DNA from: Alphaproteobacteria bacterium
GTDB lineage: Bacteria > Pseudomonadota > Alphaproteobacteria > Rickettsiales > UBA3002
Length of the DNA stretch: 64,000 nucleotides
Direction: 5' to 3'
Assembly (NCBI GenBank): GCA_033763655.1
Contig: JANRKD010000012.1
Span: 26,606-90,605, forward strand
The notes beneath the pieces are model-generated. The model saw only the letters and a list, made by a program, of their open reading frames with translations. It searched no databases and was not told the origin of the DNA. A program made the position numbers and the translations under genes. Each line of letters starts with the position of its first letter. The first letter of the stretch is position 1. This document shows, in pieces, positions 1-10,075 of this stretch.

Positions 1-150
1 TATTTTCACAGTGGCATCCGGCCATGGATACGCAGGCGCCACGCGCCGCTGCCGGATAATCGCCTGCTATTGCTGAACTCTATAAAAGCACAATAAAAAC
101 AGTTGGTTGACATTTATTCCCGCGCAAAGATTAACCCACCCCCTACAATT

Positions 151-165
151 TTAACTAAATATTAA
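151..165 (+). promoter_or_regulatory. CtrA-box-like motif (TTAA-N7-TTAA) upstream of the 195..1400 gene
   Basis: Read directly: ttaa-ctaaata-ttaa in an AT-rich leader, with an extra TTAAC half-site at 131-135. Resembles the alphaproteobacterial CtrA consensus TTAA-N7-TTAAC. Confidence 0.3.
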
Positions 166-194
166 TTATCTGGGGGTAAATCTTATAACTGCCG

Positions 195-1400
195 ATGAAT
201 CCTATCTTTATTCACGCTTCAGAACCGACCGGCCCGCGCGCAGCCCGCCCGCCACGGGCACGCGGCGAGATTGCGCTGACCGGCACGCTGTTCTTTCTTC
301 CCAACCTCGCGCTTACCCTGCATTTTACCGGGATTGCCGCCGGATTTCAGTGGCCGGAACGTTGGAAAGCGCCTTTCTCGAACCTCGCCCTGTTGCCGCT
401 CGACACATACCTCCTCTGGCTGGCTGGCAACCTTGTCGGCCTTGGCCTCTTTTTCACCCTGCACCGCCTGCTCGTGCAGCCGCTCGGCCACATCGCCCGG
501 CAATTGCAGCCGCTGCGCCGCCTCTGTGCGCACGAAAGCCCTGCCGCTGCGGCATCCTGCCTGCATCTCCCCCGGCTGGCCCGCGACATCGGCCGGTTTG
601 CCAGCTTCGCGCTCGAGCATTACCGCAAGCATCTCGAAGCCACGCAGGCACTGGAGCAGGCGCGGCAGGTCATCGCGCAATTTGCCCTCGAACAGCAGCT
701 CATCCTCAGCAGCGCCCACCGCGAGATCGGCGCGCAATACCGCGCGGTGCTCTCCTACGCCCACTATCTTGAGGAGCATGTCGCACGCCGCCAATGCGAT
801 CCCGCCCTGCGCTACGACCTCGACGAGGTCTGCGAATCGAGTTTCAACCTGAAGATTATCGCGGGCGCCCTTGCGGTACTTGGCACAAAAGAGCCGCTGC
901 CTTCGGGCGATGTCGCCCTCGCGCCGCTGATGCAGCAGACCATGCTGACCCTCGCCCCGGCGCTCGATCGCCGCAGCATGAAACTCACCACGGCAGACGT
1001 AGACCTGTCGGTCACCGCCCGGGGCGATGCAGGTACCCTCGCGCAGATTCTATGGATGATGCTGCTCGGGATGATCCGCTATGCGGCGGATGAAAGCACC
1101 CTGCAGCTGCGCTGCCTGCGTAGCGGCGATGGCGCGCGGGCACTGCTGAGCATTGTGGTCAGCGAATTATCGCCCAACCGCCTCTCGGAGGAGGAGCGCG
1201 GCGATTACCTCGCCCGCCGCCTGAAGCACCTCACCCCGCATATGTTCGCCGAAACCATCCGCATCCACGGCAATATCCAACTGGCAAACCTGCTGATTCA
1301 GCGCATGGAAGGCGCCATCCGCGTGCTGCCGCTCACCGTTTCCTCCTGCGAGATATGCATGGAGCTTCCGGCGGCGGCAATACCCGACTCCGGCCAGTAA
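195..1400 (+). CDS. Membrane sensor histidine-kinase-like protein (degenerate catalytic region)
   Basis: 401-aa ORF with N-terminal hydrophobic segments and an H-box-like stretch (SSAHREIGAQYRAVLSYAHYLEEH). The C-terminal part only weakly resembles an HATPase fold, and no clear N/G boxes are visible by eye. Confidence 0.4.
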   Translation: MNPIFIHASEPTGPRAARPPRARGEIALTGTLFFLPNLALTLHFTGIAAGFQWPERWKAPFSNLALLPLDTYLLWLAGNLVGLGLFFTLHRLLVQPLGHIARQLQPLRRLCAHESPAAAASCLHLPRLARDIGRFASFALEHYRKHLEATQALEQARQVIAQFALEQQLILSSAHREIGAQYRAVLSYAHYLEEHVARRQCDPALRYDLDEVCESSFNLKIIAGALAVLGTKEPLPSGDVALAPLMQQTMLTLAPALDRRSMKLTTADVDLSVTARGDAGTLAQILWMMLLGMIRYAADESTLQLRCLRSGDGARALLSIVVSELSPNRLSEEERGDYLARRLKHLTPHMFAETIRIHGNIQLANLLIQRMEGAIRVLPLTVSSCEICMELPAAAIPDSGQ

Positions 1401-1505
1401 TTTTTCTGTGGCGGGGCGGATTTCAGCTTCACATCATGCCGATAGTGTTTACTCTTACGGCAAGCCCTGCATGGTGCCGGGCTTTTTCCCGAAGGAGCCT
1501 TCGCC

Positions 1506-1853
1506 ATGAAAAAGATTTCGTTCTGTGCCGTCAGTTTACTCGCCGCATTCACCGTCAGCAGCGCTATTGCCGCTGAGTCGTCGCCGCACCGCCCTGCGGC
1601 GCACCCGATGTTCGAAAAAGCAGATGCGAACAGCGACGGCGGTATCTCCAAAGACGAATGGCGCGCCAAAGGTGACAGCATGTTCACCGAAATAGACGGC
1701 GACAAGGACGGCAAACTCACCAAAGACGAAATGAAAGCACACCACGAAGCGAAGCGCGCCGAGTGGAAACAACGCCGCGAGGCACGCGCTGCCAAAGCCG
1801 CCGCCGGTGAGAAACCCGCCGCCGCCGCACCGGCACCCGCCGCGAACAAATAA
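1506..1853 (+). CDS. Secreted EF-hand calcium-binding protein
   Basis: Signal peptide MKKISFCAVSLLAAFTVSSAIAAES. Two EF-hand loops (DANSDGGISKDE, DGDKDGKLTKDE) and an Ala-rich tail. Confidence 0.75.
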   Translation: MKKISFCAVSLLAAFTVSSAIAAESSPHRPAAHPMFEKADANSDGGISKDEWRAKGDSMFTEIDGDKDGKLTKDEMKAHHEAKRAEWKQRREARAAKAAAGEKPAAAAPAPAANK

Positions 1854-1936
1854 GCAGGAAGAAACCTCCCCGCATCCCGGTGCAAATCGGGGTGCGGGCA
1901 CTTGCACCGCTGCGCGCTATCCGTTACACCAGCCGC

Positions 1937-2662
1937 ATGGATGATTGCACAAAAACCGCCGAAACCGCTGAAGCCACCCTCGCCGCCCTGCGCGCGCGGA
2001 TTGATGCGATGGATCGCCAGCTTGCGGATTTATTCAACGCGCGCATCGGCATTATCGCCGAGGTGGCGGCGCTGAAAGCGGCGCACTGGCCCAACACCTG
2101 CCATATCCGCCCGGGCCGCGAGGGGCAGATGCATCGGGCCACCTGCGACCGCTTTGCCCACGGCCCCTTCCCCGCGCTCGCGGCGCTGGCCATCTGGCGG
2201 CAGTTGATTGGCGCCAGCACCCATCTCGAATCGTCGCTTGCCGTGACGGCGCTGGCCGCTTACCCCGAACATCTCTGGCTGGCGCGCGAGTATTTCGGCG
2301 TGCAGGTCGGGCTTACCGCATCCGCCACGCTCGCCACCGCGCTGGAAACGCTGGCCACACGCCGTAGCAACATCCTCATCCTGCCGACCCCGACGGCAAG
2401 CGACTGGTGGCAACAGGCCGAAGCCTTGCGCGCCGCCGGACTGTTCATTTTTGCACAGTTGCCCGTGGTGGCGGACAACCTGCCTGCGGGCGCAACGGCA
2501 GCAGTCGCTCTCGCCACCGTTACCCCCGAGCCTTCGGGCGACGACATCAGCTACCACCTGCGCGCGGGCGAACTGGTAACGCGCGACGGCTTCCATCCGG
2601 ATGACGACGGTATTTTTCTCGGCGCCCACCCGCGCGCCATTCACTTAGGAGCCTCTGCATGA
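1937..2662 (+). CDS. Chorismate mutase family protein
   Basis: Start trimmed to ATG 1937 (MDDCTKT). Has the type II chorismate mutase helix pattern (LAALRARIDAMDRQLADLFNARIGIIAEVAALK). Stop overlaps the hisC start (ATGA at 2659-2662). Confidence 0.7.
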   Translation: MDDCTKTAETAEATLAALRARIDAMDRQLADLFNARIGIIAEVAALKAAHWPNTCHIRPGREGQMHRATCDRFAHGPFPALAALAIWRQLIGASTHLESSLAVTALAAYPEHLWLAREYFGVQVGLTASATLATALETLATRRSNILILPTPTASDWWQQAEALRAAGLFIFAQLPVVADNLPAGATAAVALATVTPEPSGDDISYHLRAGELVTRDGFHPDDDGIFLGAHPRAIHLGASA

Positions 2663-3750
2663 CCCAACAGCCTATCCCCAAACCCGGCATCCGCGACATC
2701 TCCCCCTACACGCCCGGCAAGTCGAAAATGCAGGGCGATGCCCGCGTCATCAAGCTTTCCTCGAACGAAAATCCGTGGGGCCCGTCGCCCAAAGCGATTG
2801 CGGCTTTTCAATCCCTGGCGGGCGAGTTGCACCGCTACCCCGACGGCGGACACGCCACCCTGCGCGAGGCGATTGCCGACAGCCAGCATTTACCGGCGGC
2901 GCAAATCATCTGCGGCGCGGGGTCGGATGAATTAATCGGCATGCTCGTCCACGCCTATGCCGGGGTGGGCGACGAGGTGCTTTATACCGCCCACGGCTTC
3001 CTCATGTATAAAATCTATGCCCTCGGCAACGGCGCGACCCCCGTCACCGCGCCCGAGAAAGACCTGCATACGGATGTGGACGCGTTGCTTGCCGCCGTCA
3101 CCCCGCGCACGAAAATCGTCTTTGTCGCCAACCCCAACAATCCGACCGGCACTGTCATTCCGTTCAGCGAAATCCGCCGCCTGCGCGCGGGCCTGCGCGA
3201 GGACATCATCCTCGGGCTGGACGCCGCTTACGCCGAATATCTCGATAGCCCCGACTACGAGGACGGCCTCCGTCTGGTGAAGGAAGGCAGCAACACGGTG
3301 GTGTTTCACACCTTCTCGAAAATCCATGGCCTGCCGGCGTTGCGCCTTGGCTGGGCCTTCGCGCCCGCGCCGATGATCGACGTGCTCAACCGCGTGCGCA
3401 GCCCGTTCAACGTCAGCGCCCCGGCCCTTGCGGCCGGCGTCGCCGCCATCGGCGATGCGGGCTACCTCGCCGCTATGCGGGCGAAAAATGCCGCCGAACG
3501 CGCGCGGGTGGCACAGGCCATCGCCGCGCACGGCTACCTGGTAGTGCCAAGCGTCACCAACTTTGTGCTGGTGCGTTTCGGGGAGGATACGGCGAAGGTG
3601 AACGCCCACCTCGCCGCGCACGGGCTGATCGTGCGCGAAGTGGCCGCTTATGGCTTGCCGGATTACCTGCGCATTTCGATTGGCACGGCGGAGGAAAATA
3701 CTCTGCTGCTCGCCGCGCTTGATGCCTTCGCGAAAGCCCGCGCCGCGTGA
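2659..3750 (+). CDS. hisC: Histidinol-phosphate aminotransferase
   Basis: 363 aa with class II aminotransferase features, including the PLP-lysine region TFSKIHGLPALRLGW. Lies between chorismate mutase and prephenate dehydrogenase genes. Confidence 0.9.
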   Translation: MTQQPIPKPGIRDISPYTPGKSKMQGDARVIKLSSNENPWGPSPKAIAAFQSLAGELHRYPDGGHATLREAIADSQHLPAAQIICGAGSDELIGMLVHAYAGVGDEVLYTAHGFLMYKIYALGNGATPVTAPEKDLHTDVDALLAAVTPRTKIVFVANPNNPTGTVIPFSEIRRLRAGLREDIILGLDAAYAEYLDSPDYEDGLRLVKEGSNTVVFHTFSKIHGLPALRLGWAFAPAPMIDVLNRVRSPFNVSAPALAAGVAAIGDAGYLAAMRAKNAAERARVAQAIAAHGYLVVPSVTNFVLVRFGEDTAKVNAHLAAHGLIVREVAAYGLPDYLRISIGTAEENTLLLAALDAFAKARAA

Positions 3751-4883
3751 GTGAACGTCTGCATATTGCTCTGCTGGGCGCGGGGCAGCTTGGCGGCTCG
3801 TTCGTGCTCGCGCTGCGCGAGAACGGCGCGGATATTTTCGTCAGCGCCTACGACCCGGCCACTGCACACGCCGAAACCCTGCGCGCGCGCGGCGCGGTCG
3901 ATGCCGTTGCCACGACGCCCGCCCAAGCCGCGCACGGGGCGGATATTATCGTCCTCGCCGCGCCGCTGGGCGCCTACCGTGCGCTGGCGCAAGCGATTGC
4001 CCCACAGGTCGAAAACGGCGCTATCGTCACCGATCTCGGCTCGGTCAAAGGCAGCATGGTGGCGGTCGCGCGCGCGCTGCCGCAGGCGCATATTGTCCCC
4101 GCACACCCAATCGCCGGTAGCGAAAAATCCGGCCCCGATGCCGCGCGGGCGGATTTATTCGCCGGCAAGCTGTGCATCCTCACGCCCGACGAAACCACCG
4201 ACGCCGAGGCCTTCCGGGCTATCGAGGCGCTGTGGCAACTCGCCGGGGCGGAGGTTATCGCCATGCCCCACGAAGTGCACGACCAGATTTACGCCTACGT
4301 CTCGCACCTGCCGCACTACATTGCTTTTGTGGCCGCGCATTATTTCCATAAGCGCGGCATCACCCTTGAGGCGGAGGACGTCATGCTCGGGCAGTTCCTG
4401 CGCATCGCCCGTTCCAACCCGCGTATGTGGACGGATATTGCGCTCGAAAACCGGGCGGCGCTGCTGCCTGCGCTTGCGACCTACATCGCCCTGCTCGAAC
4501 ATTTTGCAGGCGAGTTGCGCGCGGGCGACCCGGGTGCAGGCGCCGCCGACACGAACATTCTCGCCAAAACGCTGCTGCCGCGCGTGCTGGCCGCCAGCCT
4601 GATTTCAGGCGTCTCGCTTTACGAGCAGCACTCGGGGATGAACCTGCGCCCGTTCGGGGCGGGCGGCCTGCGCGACATGGTCGCCCCGGCGGCGATTTCG
4701 CCCGAGGCCGACACCGAGGCGATGAGCGCCAACGCCGCCGCCATGGCCGGGATTATCGAGGGGATTCTTCCGCATTTGCGCACGCTCGAAGCGCAGCTTG
4801 GCAGCGAGGATGCGCCCGCGCTCTATGCCGGCCTCAGCGAAATGGCCGAGGCGGCGCACACGCTCAACGCCTTCAGAAATTAG
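3747..4883 (+). CDS. tyrC: Prephenate/arogenate (cyclohexadienyl) dehydrogenase
   Basis: GTG start overlapping the hisC stop. Rossmann motif IALLGAGQLGGS and prephenate dehydrogenase core HPIAGSEKSG. Confidence 0.8.
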   Translation: MSERLHIALLGAGQLGGSFVLALRENGADIFVSAYDPATAHAETLRARGAVDAVATTPAQAAHGADIIVLAAPLGAYRALAQAIAPQVENGAIVTDLGSVKGSMVAVARALPQAHIVPAHPIAGSEKSGPDAARADLFAGKLCILTPDETTDAEAFRAIEALWQLAGAEVIAMPHEVHDQIYAYVSHLPHYIAFVAAHYFHKRGITLEAEDVMLGQFLRIARSNPRMWTDIALENRAALLPALATYIALLEHFAGELRAGDPGAGAADTNILAKTLLPRVLAASLISGVSLYEQHSGMNLRPFGAGGLRDMVAPAAISPEADTEAMSANAAAMAGIIEGILPHLRTLEAQLGSEDAPALYAGLSEMAEAAHTLNAFRN

Positions 4884-5532
4884 CTGTAATCAGCGCCTTT
4901 AACGCCTCGTGGTCGCGCACATGCACGGCGAACGGGTAGCCGTCATATTCCCCATTTGTTTCGGGGACATCCTGCTCGCCATAGAGAACCGGCGTGCAGC
5001 CCGTCGCCTGCGCAGCACCTAAATCCGCACCTGTGTCCCCAACGAACCAGACATCCGCGGCGGGCGCGATGCCCGAATCCCTGAGCGCGAACAGCACCGG
5101 ATCGGGGTGGGGTTTGTCGCGCGGGGCATCGGTCGCACCGACGGCGACTTTGAAATATTTCTGCCAACCAAGATGCGCCAGCTCAAGGCGCAGGGTGGGG
5201 GCCTGTTTGTTGCTCACCACCCCGAGAAATATATCGGGCGCGATGGATTCGAGCATCGCCGTCACCCCGGGCAGCGGCGTCAATTGTTCAAGATGCAACG
5301 CGCGGTAGCTCTGCTGGTAATGCGCCCCCGCCTCCTGCCAGCGTTCGCCAAAAAGCGTCGGAAACGAATCGCGCATCGAGTGTTTGACCTCGTTGCGGAT
5401 ACGCTCGTAGCTCCATTCGGGTTGGCCCATATGGCGCATGGTCACGTTCATGGCGGTGTGAATCAGCGGCCAGGTATCGACCAGCGTGTTATCCCAGTCG
5501 AACAGAATCGCGCGCGGCTTTACAAGCGTCAT
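4873..5532 (-). CDS. HAD-family hydrolase (phosphoglycolate phosphatase-like)
   Basis: 219 aa with HAD motif I (FDWDNTLVDT), VVSNK, and motif IV GDTGADL. Confidence 0.75.
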   Translation of the reverse strand: MTLVKPRAILFDWDNTLVDTWPLIHTAMNVTMRHMGQPEWSYERIRNEVKHSMRDSFPTLFGERWQEAGAHYQQSYRALHLEQLTPLPGVTAMLESIAPDIFLGVVSNKQAPTLRLELAHLGWQKYFKVAVGATDAPRDKPHPDPVLFALRDSGIAPAADVWFVGDTGADLGAAQATGCTPVLYGEQDVPETNGEYDGYPFAVHVRDHEALKALITANF

Positions 5533-6101
5533 CGGGCGCTCTCAAACCAGGTGGTTAAATGCGCTTGCATTGCCGCCAGCGTCGGCAGGGCAGCGTCGCG
5601 ATCGGAGAGGATGGCCTCCTCGCGCGCATATGGCCACGCAATCGCAAGGGCCGGGTCATCGAAACGGATGCCGCTCTCGCCCGCCGCCGCGTACAGCGCG
5701 CTCATGTGGTAGACCACATCCGCCGCCGCATCGCCCAGCACGCAGAACCCATGCGCGAAGCCCGCCGGAATCCAGAGCATCTCGGCGTTTTCCTCGCTCA
5801 GCTCGACCGCCACATGCCGCCCGAAACTCGCCGAGCCAGGCCGCACATCCACCGCGATATCGAGGATCGCGCCCCGGGTGACGCCAACCAGCTTACCCTG
5901 CGCAGGCGTATGCTGAAAATGCAGACCGCGCACCACACGCGGCAACGAGCGCGAGTGGTTGACCTGCACAAAATCCGCCGTAATCCCGAGGGCGTGGAAC
6001 TTTTCCGCATGGTAGCGCTCGATAAAAAAGCCGCGCGTGTCCGAAAGTTTATCGAGCGTCACCCGCTTGACTTCGGGGAGCGCCGTATCATGAATCCGCA
6101 T
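5529..6101 (-). CDS. rfbC: dTDP-4-dehydrorhamnose 3,5-epimerase
   Basis: 190 aa with RmlC cupin signatures (RGLHFQ, QGKLVGV, WIPAGFAHGF). Overlaps rfbD. Confidence 0.9.
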   Translation of the reverse strand: MRIHDTALPEVKRVTLDKLSDTRGFFIERYHAEKFHALGITADFVQVNHSRSLPRVVRGLHFQHTPAQGKLVGVTRGAILDIAVDVRPGSASFGRHVAVELSEENAEMLWIPAGFAHGFCVLGDAAADVVYHMSALYAAAGESGIRFDDPALAIAWPYAREEAILSDRDAALPTLAAMQAHLTTWFESAR

Positions 6102-6963
6102 AGATTTCCTTCATGGCGAGGGGGATACCTTCGTGCCAGTGTGGCATACGGATGCCGTAGGAGGCAAGCGCGCCGCCATCAAGACGCACATCTTTCGGGC
6201 GCGGGGCGGGCAAAGGATACTCATCCGTCACAATCGGCACCACGCGCGCGCGGCTCTGCAGGGCGCGGGCGATCGCGCAGGCGAAACCGTGCCAGCTGGT
6301 GTGGCCTGCCGCGCTCAGGTGGTAAATCGCCGCCGGGATTTCACCGCCAATCAGGCGCGGCGCGGCTTCTGTAATTGCCTCCGCAATATGCTGCGCATGG
6401 CTCGGCGCGCCGAGTTGGTCAGCAACCACGCGCACCTCGTCGCGCTCCCTGAGCAACGTCGCCATAGTGCTGAAAAAGTTTTTGCTGCGCCCGCCATAGA
6501 CCCATTGCAAGCGAAAAACATGCCCGCCCTGCGCGCGCACTGCCACTTCGCCGTCGCGTTTGCTGCGGGCGTAAACCCCAAGCGGGTGCGTGGCCGCCGC
6601 CTCGTCGTAGGGCGCCCCTGCGACGCCATCAAAGACATAATCGGTCGAGAAATGCACCAGCTTCACGCCCTGTTCTCCGGCGGCGGTGGCAAGCATTCCG
6701 GGCATTTCAGCGTTGATACGCATAGCCGTCGCCGCGTCCTTTTCCGCCGCATCCACTGCCGTATAGGCCGCCGCGTTGATGACCAGTTGCGGCTCCACCG
6801 CGCGCAGGATGAGGGCAATTTCCTTCGGCGTTGCCTGCGCGAAATCGCAGCGCACCCGGTCGATGCCGGTCACCTCATACCCCGCCGCCGTGAGCGTGGT
6901 CAGCAGGCGGCTGCCCACCTGCCCGTGGGGGCCAAACAGCACAATGCGCGGGGCGGCGCTCAT
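6088..6963 (-). CDS. rfbD: dTDP-4-dehydrorhamnose reductase
   Basis: 291 aa, RmlD family (LFGPHGQVG Rossmann, FSTDYVFDG, YARSK). Confidence 0.9.
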   Translation of the reverse strand: MSAAPRIVLFGPHGQVGSRLLTTLTAAGYEVTGIDRVRCDFAQATPKEIALILRAVEPQLVINAAAYTAVDAAEKDAATAMRINAEMPGMLATAAGEQGVKLVHFSTDYVFDGVAGAPYDEAAATHPLGVYARSKRDGEVAVRAQGGHVFRLQWVYGGRSKNFFSTMATLLRERDEVRVVADQLGAPSHAQHIAEAITEAAPRLIGGEIPAAIYHLSAAGHTSWHGFACAIARALQSRARVVPIVTDEYPLPAPRPKDVRLDGGALASYGIRMPHWHEGIPLAMKEIYADS

Positions 6964-7865
6964 TGCGGCGCCTTGAAGCTGATGGGAATCAGGAACTCGA
7001 CAAGGCTCCCCGCAGGGTAGCTCGCCGGGACAGCAGGCACCGGATTGGCGCGGCGGATCATGTCGAGCGCCGCATCGTCGAGCACCATCAGGCCCGAGGA
7101 TTGCTCGATGGCGTAATAGCGCACGTTGCCCGCGCGGTCGATGCGCATACGCAGCACTGCCCGGCCTTCGCGCCCGCTGGCCGCCGCCGGGTAAAATTTA
7201 TGCTGCTGAATCCAGCTCGATATTTCCTGCTCGTAGCGCGCGCGGATGGCCTGCGCCGTCTGCTCACTCAGGCTGGTGACGCTGCCCTGTCCGCCGATGG
7301 CGCCCTCCGCCACCCCGGCACTGCGCTGCGCGTTTTCCGCCACCGCCTGCGGGCTGGGCGCGCCGACTTCGCGGACATATTGCTGCGGTCTGGGTGCAAT
7401 CGCAGGCGCCTGTTGCGCCAGCGCCTCCTCTACCCGCACCACGCGCGGCGGTTTTGGCGCGGGATTCGCCGGCGGCCGCGCGAGCGGCGCAGGCACGACC
7501 GGCGCGGGCATATCGGGGCGAATACGCCAGCTCTCGCTGCGCGCTGCCTGCATCACCGGCGGAGCCACCGGCGCAGGGACAGGCGGCGTTACCGCAGCAA
7601 CGGGAGCGGCAGGCCGGCCATCGGCGGCGATGCGATCTGCCCCGCCGATTTTGAACGACAGCGCCCGCACCGGAATGTTTGTCACCTCCGTGGAAGGCAT
7701 CAGAGCGGCGATGACGAAAGCCAGCACATGTACAAGGAACGCCACCCCCAGCATTTTCGCAAAATCGGTCGAGGTCAGGTAGGTGTTCGGCCCCACCGCC
7801 AGCGCCGAGGGTGCGAGGCTTTTGCGCCCACGGCCTAAAATGCCCTGCGTCAGCCCCCAGTTCAT
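6960..7865 (-). CDS. tonB: Energy transducer TonB
   Basis: N-terminal anchor helix, long Pro/Ala-rich spacer, and C-terminal TonB domain (YPAAASGREGRAVLRMRIDRAGNV). Last gene of the exbB-exbD-exbD cluster. Confidence 0.75.
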   Translation of the reverse strand: MNWGLTQGILGRGRKSLAPSALAVGPNTYLTSTDFAKMLGVAFLVHVLAFVIAALMPSTEVTNIPVRALSFKIGGADRIAADGRPAAPVAAVTPPVPAPVAPPVMQAARSESWRIRPDMPAPVVPAPLARPPANPAPKPPRVVRVEEALAQQAPAIAPRPQQYVREVGAPSPQAVAENAQRSAGVAEGAIGGQGSVTSLSEQTAQAIRARYEQEISSWIQQHKFYPAAASGREGRAVLRMRIDRAGNVRYYAIEQSSGLMVLDDAALDMIRRANPVPAVPASYPAGSLVEFLIPISFKAPQ

Positions 7866-8278
7866 GGCCCCACCGCCATCGGTCCGGCATCGGTGACCAG
7901 CGACAGGTTTTTACCGCCCGCCGCACGAATCTGCTCGAGGAAATCGACCAGGCTGTTGGCGGCCAGATGCGCATCCGCCTTGATGGTGACGACCCGCTCG
8001 GGGTTGATGGCAAATTCGCGCGTCAGCACGTCGGCGATGGCGCCGCCCTCATACAGCTCATCGTTGATAATCACCTCGCCATATCGGCCGAGGCTCACCA
8101 CGACCGGCCCTTCCTGCAAGCGCTGGCCGGAATCGGCGCGCGGCAACTCTACCGGCACGATGCTGAATTTTTCCATATGCCCGGCGACCAGAAAAAAGAG
8201 GATGATGGTAAAAACAATATCAATCAGCGACACCATGCTGATGGCGCGCAATTTGCGGGTGTTACGCTTGAACTCCAT
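7862..8278 (-). CDS. exbD: ExbD/TolR biopolymer transport protein
   Basis: 138 aa with a single N-terminal TM (SLIDIVFTIILFFLV), typical ExbD topology and neighbourhood. Confidence 0.85.
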   Translation of the reverse strand: MEFKRNTRKLRAISMVSLIDIVFTIILFFLVAGHMEKFSIVPVELPRADSGQRLQEGPVVVSLGRYGEVIINDELYEGGAIADVLTREFAINPERVVTIKADAHLAANSLVDFLEQIRAAGGKNLSLVTDAGPMAVGP

Positions 8279-8279
8279 G

Positions 8280-8678
8280 CTAGACCTTATCGACCTGGAC
8301 GTTGCGCCCGCCCGTCAGGTACACCGCATCCATCACCGAAATAAGCTGCTGCACACTGACCCCGGCGGTGGTGAAAATCGCGATGCTTATTTCCGGCGCA
8401 GCGGCGATGCGGTCGCCAAGAACGCCGCTCATCTGGTCAATGCCCATCGGCTGATGATCAACTAGCACCGTGCCATCCCCGGCAATCTGGATGCGCAGCA
8501 CCTGCCGTTCGGCCTGGTGGGCAGGCGGCGCTTTACCCGAGGGCAGCGACAGCTCCATGGATTCGGAAACGACAAAGCTGGTGGTGAGCATCACAAACAC
8601 CATGAGGTGGAACACGATGTCGATTAACGCCGTGAGGTTTATTTCCGAAACCAGCCTGCGTTGGCGTTCGAAATCCAT
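8280..8678 (-). CDS. exbD: ExbD/TolR biopolymer transport protein (second copy)
   Basis: 132 aa with motif INLTALIDIVFHLMVF. Adjacent to exbB. Confidence 0.85.
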   Translation of the reverse strand: MDFERQRRLVSEINLTALIDIVFHLMVFVMLTTSFVVSESMELSLPSGKAPPAHQAERQVLRIQIAGDGTVLVDHQPMGIDQMSGVLGDRIAAAPEISIAIFTTAGVSVQQLISVMDAVYLTGGRNVQVDKV

Positions 8679-8686
8679 CGCTGCCT

Positions 8687-9463
8687 CTAGAACTTATTGT
8701 AGCTGGGGTTGAGCAGGTGCAGCGTGCTCGAACTCTGCGGCGCGCCGCGCGGGTTGGCAAGCAGGTTGGATTGCTCCTCCATCAGCTTACGGGCGCGGGC
8801 TTCGCGCTCCAGCACTTCGCGTTTTTCCTGCTCCTTCTCGTTGCGGATAAACACATCCTCCAGCGCCAGGGTTTGAATCGTCACGTCGCGCATGGTGGCG
8901 CGCACGCGCTCGATCAGGCTATCGATCAGGTAATAGGCAGCCATCGCAGGCACCGCCACCACCAACCCGCCGACCGTGGTAATCAGCGCCTGCCAGATGC
9001 CGCCGGCCAGTTGCGAAGGGTCCACCCGCGCGCCGGATTCTGCCAGCTTGGCAAACGCCGCCACCATGCCGATGACCGTGCCAAGCAGCCCAAGCAACGG
9101 GCCAATGGAGGAGGCCATCTCCAGCCCGCGCATCTGCGATTCGAGGTAGCGCAGTTCCGCCGAGCCGACGCGGGCAATCTCCGATTCGCGACTTTTCATG
9201 GTGATCTCGCGGTTCATCACCCCTTCGACCGCGACTCGCATAATGCGCGCCAGCGGCCCCTTCTCGCGGGCGAGCAACTGCGCGGCATCGGTCAGCTCGC
9301 CGCGCTTAATCAGCAGCATCGCGCGGTCGATGAATTGCGTGTTAAAGACGCCGCTCGTGATAAACTGGTGGGCCTTGAACAGGATAATCCCGAGCACATA
9401 AACCGAGAGCGCCACAATCACATACATGACGAAGCCGCCCTTAACGAAAATAATATCCAGCAT
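8687..9463 (-). CDS. exbB: MotA/TolQ/ExbB proton-channel protein
   Basis: 258 aa with three TM segments and the conserved region SIGPLLGLLGTVIGMV. Confidence 0.85.
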   Translation of the reverse strand: MLDIIFVKGGFVMYVIVALSVYVLGIILFKAHQFITSGVFNTQFIDRAMLLIKRGELTDAAQLLAREKGPLARIMRVAVEGVMNREITMKSRESEIARVGSAELRYLESQMRGLEMASSIGPLLGLLGTVIGMVAAFAKLAESGARVDPSQLAGGIWQALITTVGGLVVAVPAMAAYYLIDSLIERVRATMRDVTIQTLALEDVFIRNEKEQEKREVLEREARARKLMEEQSNLLANPRGAPQSSSTLHLLNPSYNKF

Positions 9464-9605
9464 GGTGTCGCCGCTGAGGTTGAGTCGCCAGCCACCGGTC
9501 GCCCGCCGCCGGTGAGTGTTGATGTTGTTTACGCTACCGGGAACCTAGCGCCATCCGCCGCGCGTGTAAACCTCAACCGCCCCGCAACACCCACTTATCT
9601 GGCCC

Positions 9606-9782
9606 TTACAACTTACGCGCTTCTTCGGGCAGCATGATGGGGATGCCATCGCGGATGGGGTAGGCAAGCCCGGCGGCGGGGGAGATTAACTCCTGCGCCG
9701 CTTCGTCATAGGTCAGCCGCGCCTTGGTGACGGGGCAGACGAGGATTTCGAGAAGGGCGGGGTCGAGCGTGCCGGTATGCAT
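9606..9782 (-). CDS. Trm112/UPF0434 family small zinc-ribbon-like protein
   Basis: Not in the ORF track (58 aa). My translation of the minus strand is [58 protein letters not shown], which carries the family signature LLEILVCP...[11 protein letters not shown]. Confidence 0.7.
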   Translation of the reverse strand: MHTGTLDPALLEILVCPVTKARLTYDEAAQELISPAAGLAYPIRDGIPIMLPEEARKL

Positions 9783-9865
9783 GAAAAACCTTCGGGCGGG
9801 AGTGACGCGGGCCTGCTGGCATTGGCCAGTCCATTCGTTGAGCCCCGGGAGCGAGGCTTAACGAA

Positions 9866-9940
9866 TGGAGCGGGCGAAGAGATTCGAACTCTCGACATTC
9901 ACCTTGGCAAGGTGACACTCTACCACTGAGCTACGCCCGC
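9866..9940 (-). tRNA. tRNA-Gly (anticodon GCC), CCA encoded
   Basis: Reverse complement reads GCGGGCGTAGCTCAGTGGTAGAGTGTCACCTTGCCAAGGTGAATGTCGAGAGTTCGAATCTCTTCGCCCGCTCCA. It folds as a cloverleaf with anticodon loop TTGCCAA. Confidence 0.9.
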
Positions 9941-10075
9941 TCACGTTCGTCAAGGAGCGCTAACATACGCAACGAAATGGAAAATGCAAGCAAGGAAATG
10001 CACTGGAGGAAAGGTTGCTGGAAAACGGGAAAAACCCGCGGAAATCCGCGCAGAAACGGACGTAAAAAGCGGCAA

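Noticed and set aside
5559-7020. ORFs 5559..6374 and 6133..7020 on the + strand
   Set aside because: They lie antisense to rfbC and rfbD, which carry clear family signatures.
9706-9918. Small ORFs overlapping tRNA-Gly (and 51055..51280 overlapping tRNA-Ala)
   Set aside because: They are translations of tRNA genes and flanking non-coding DNA, with no RBS or coding signal.
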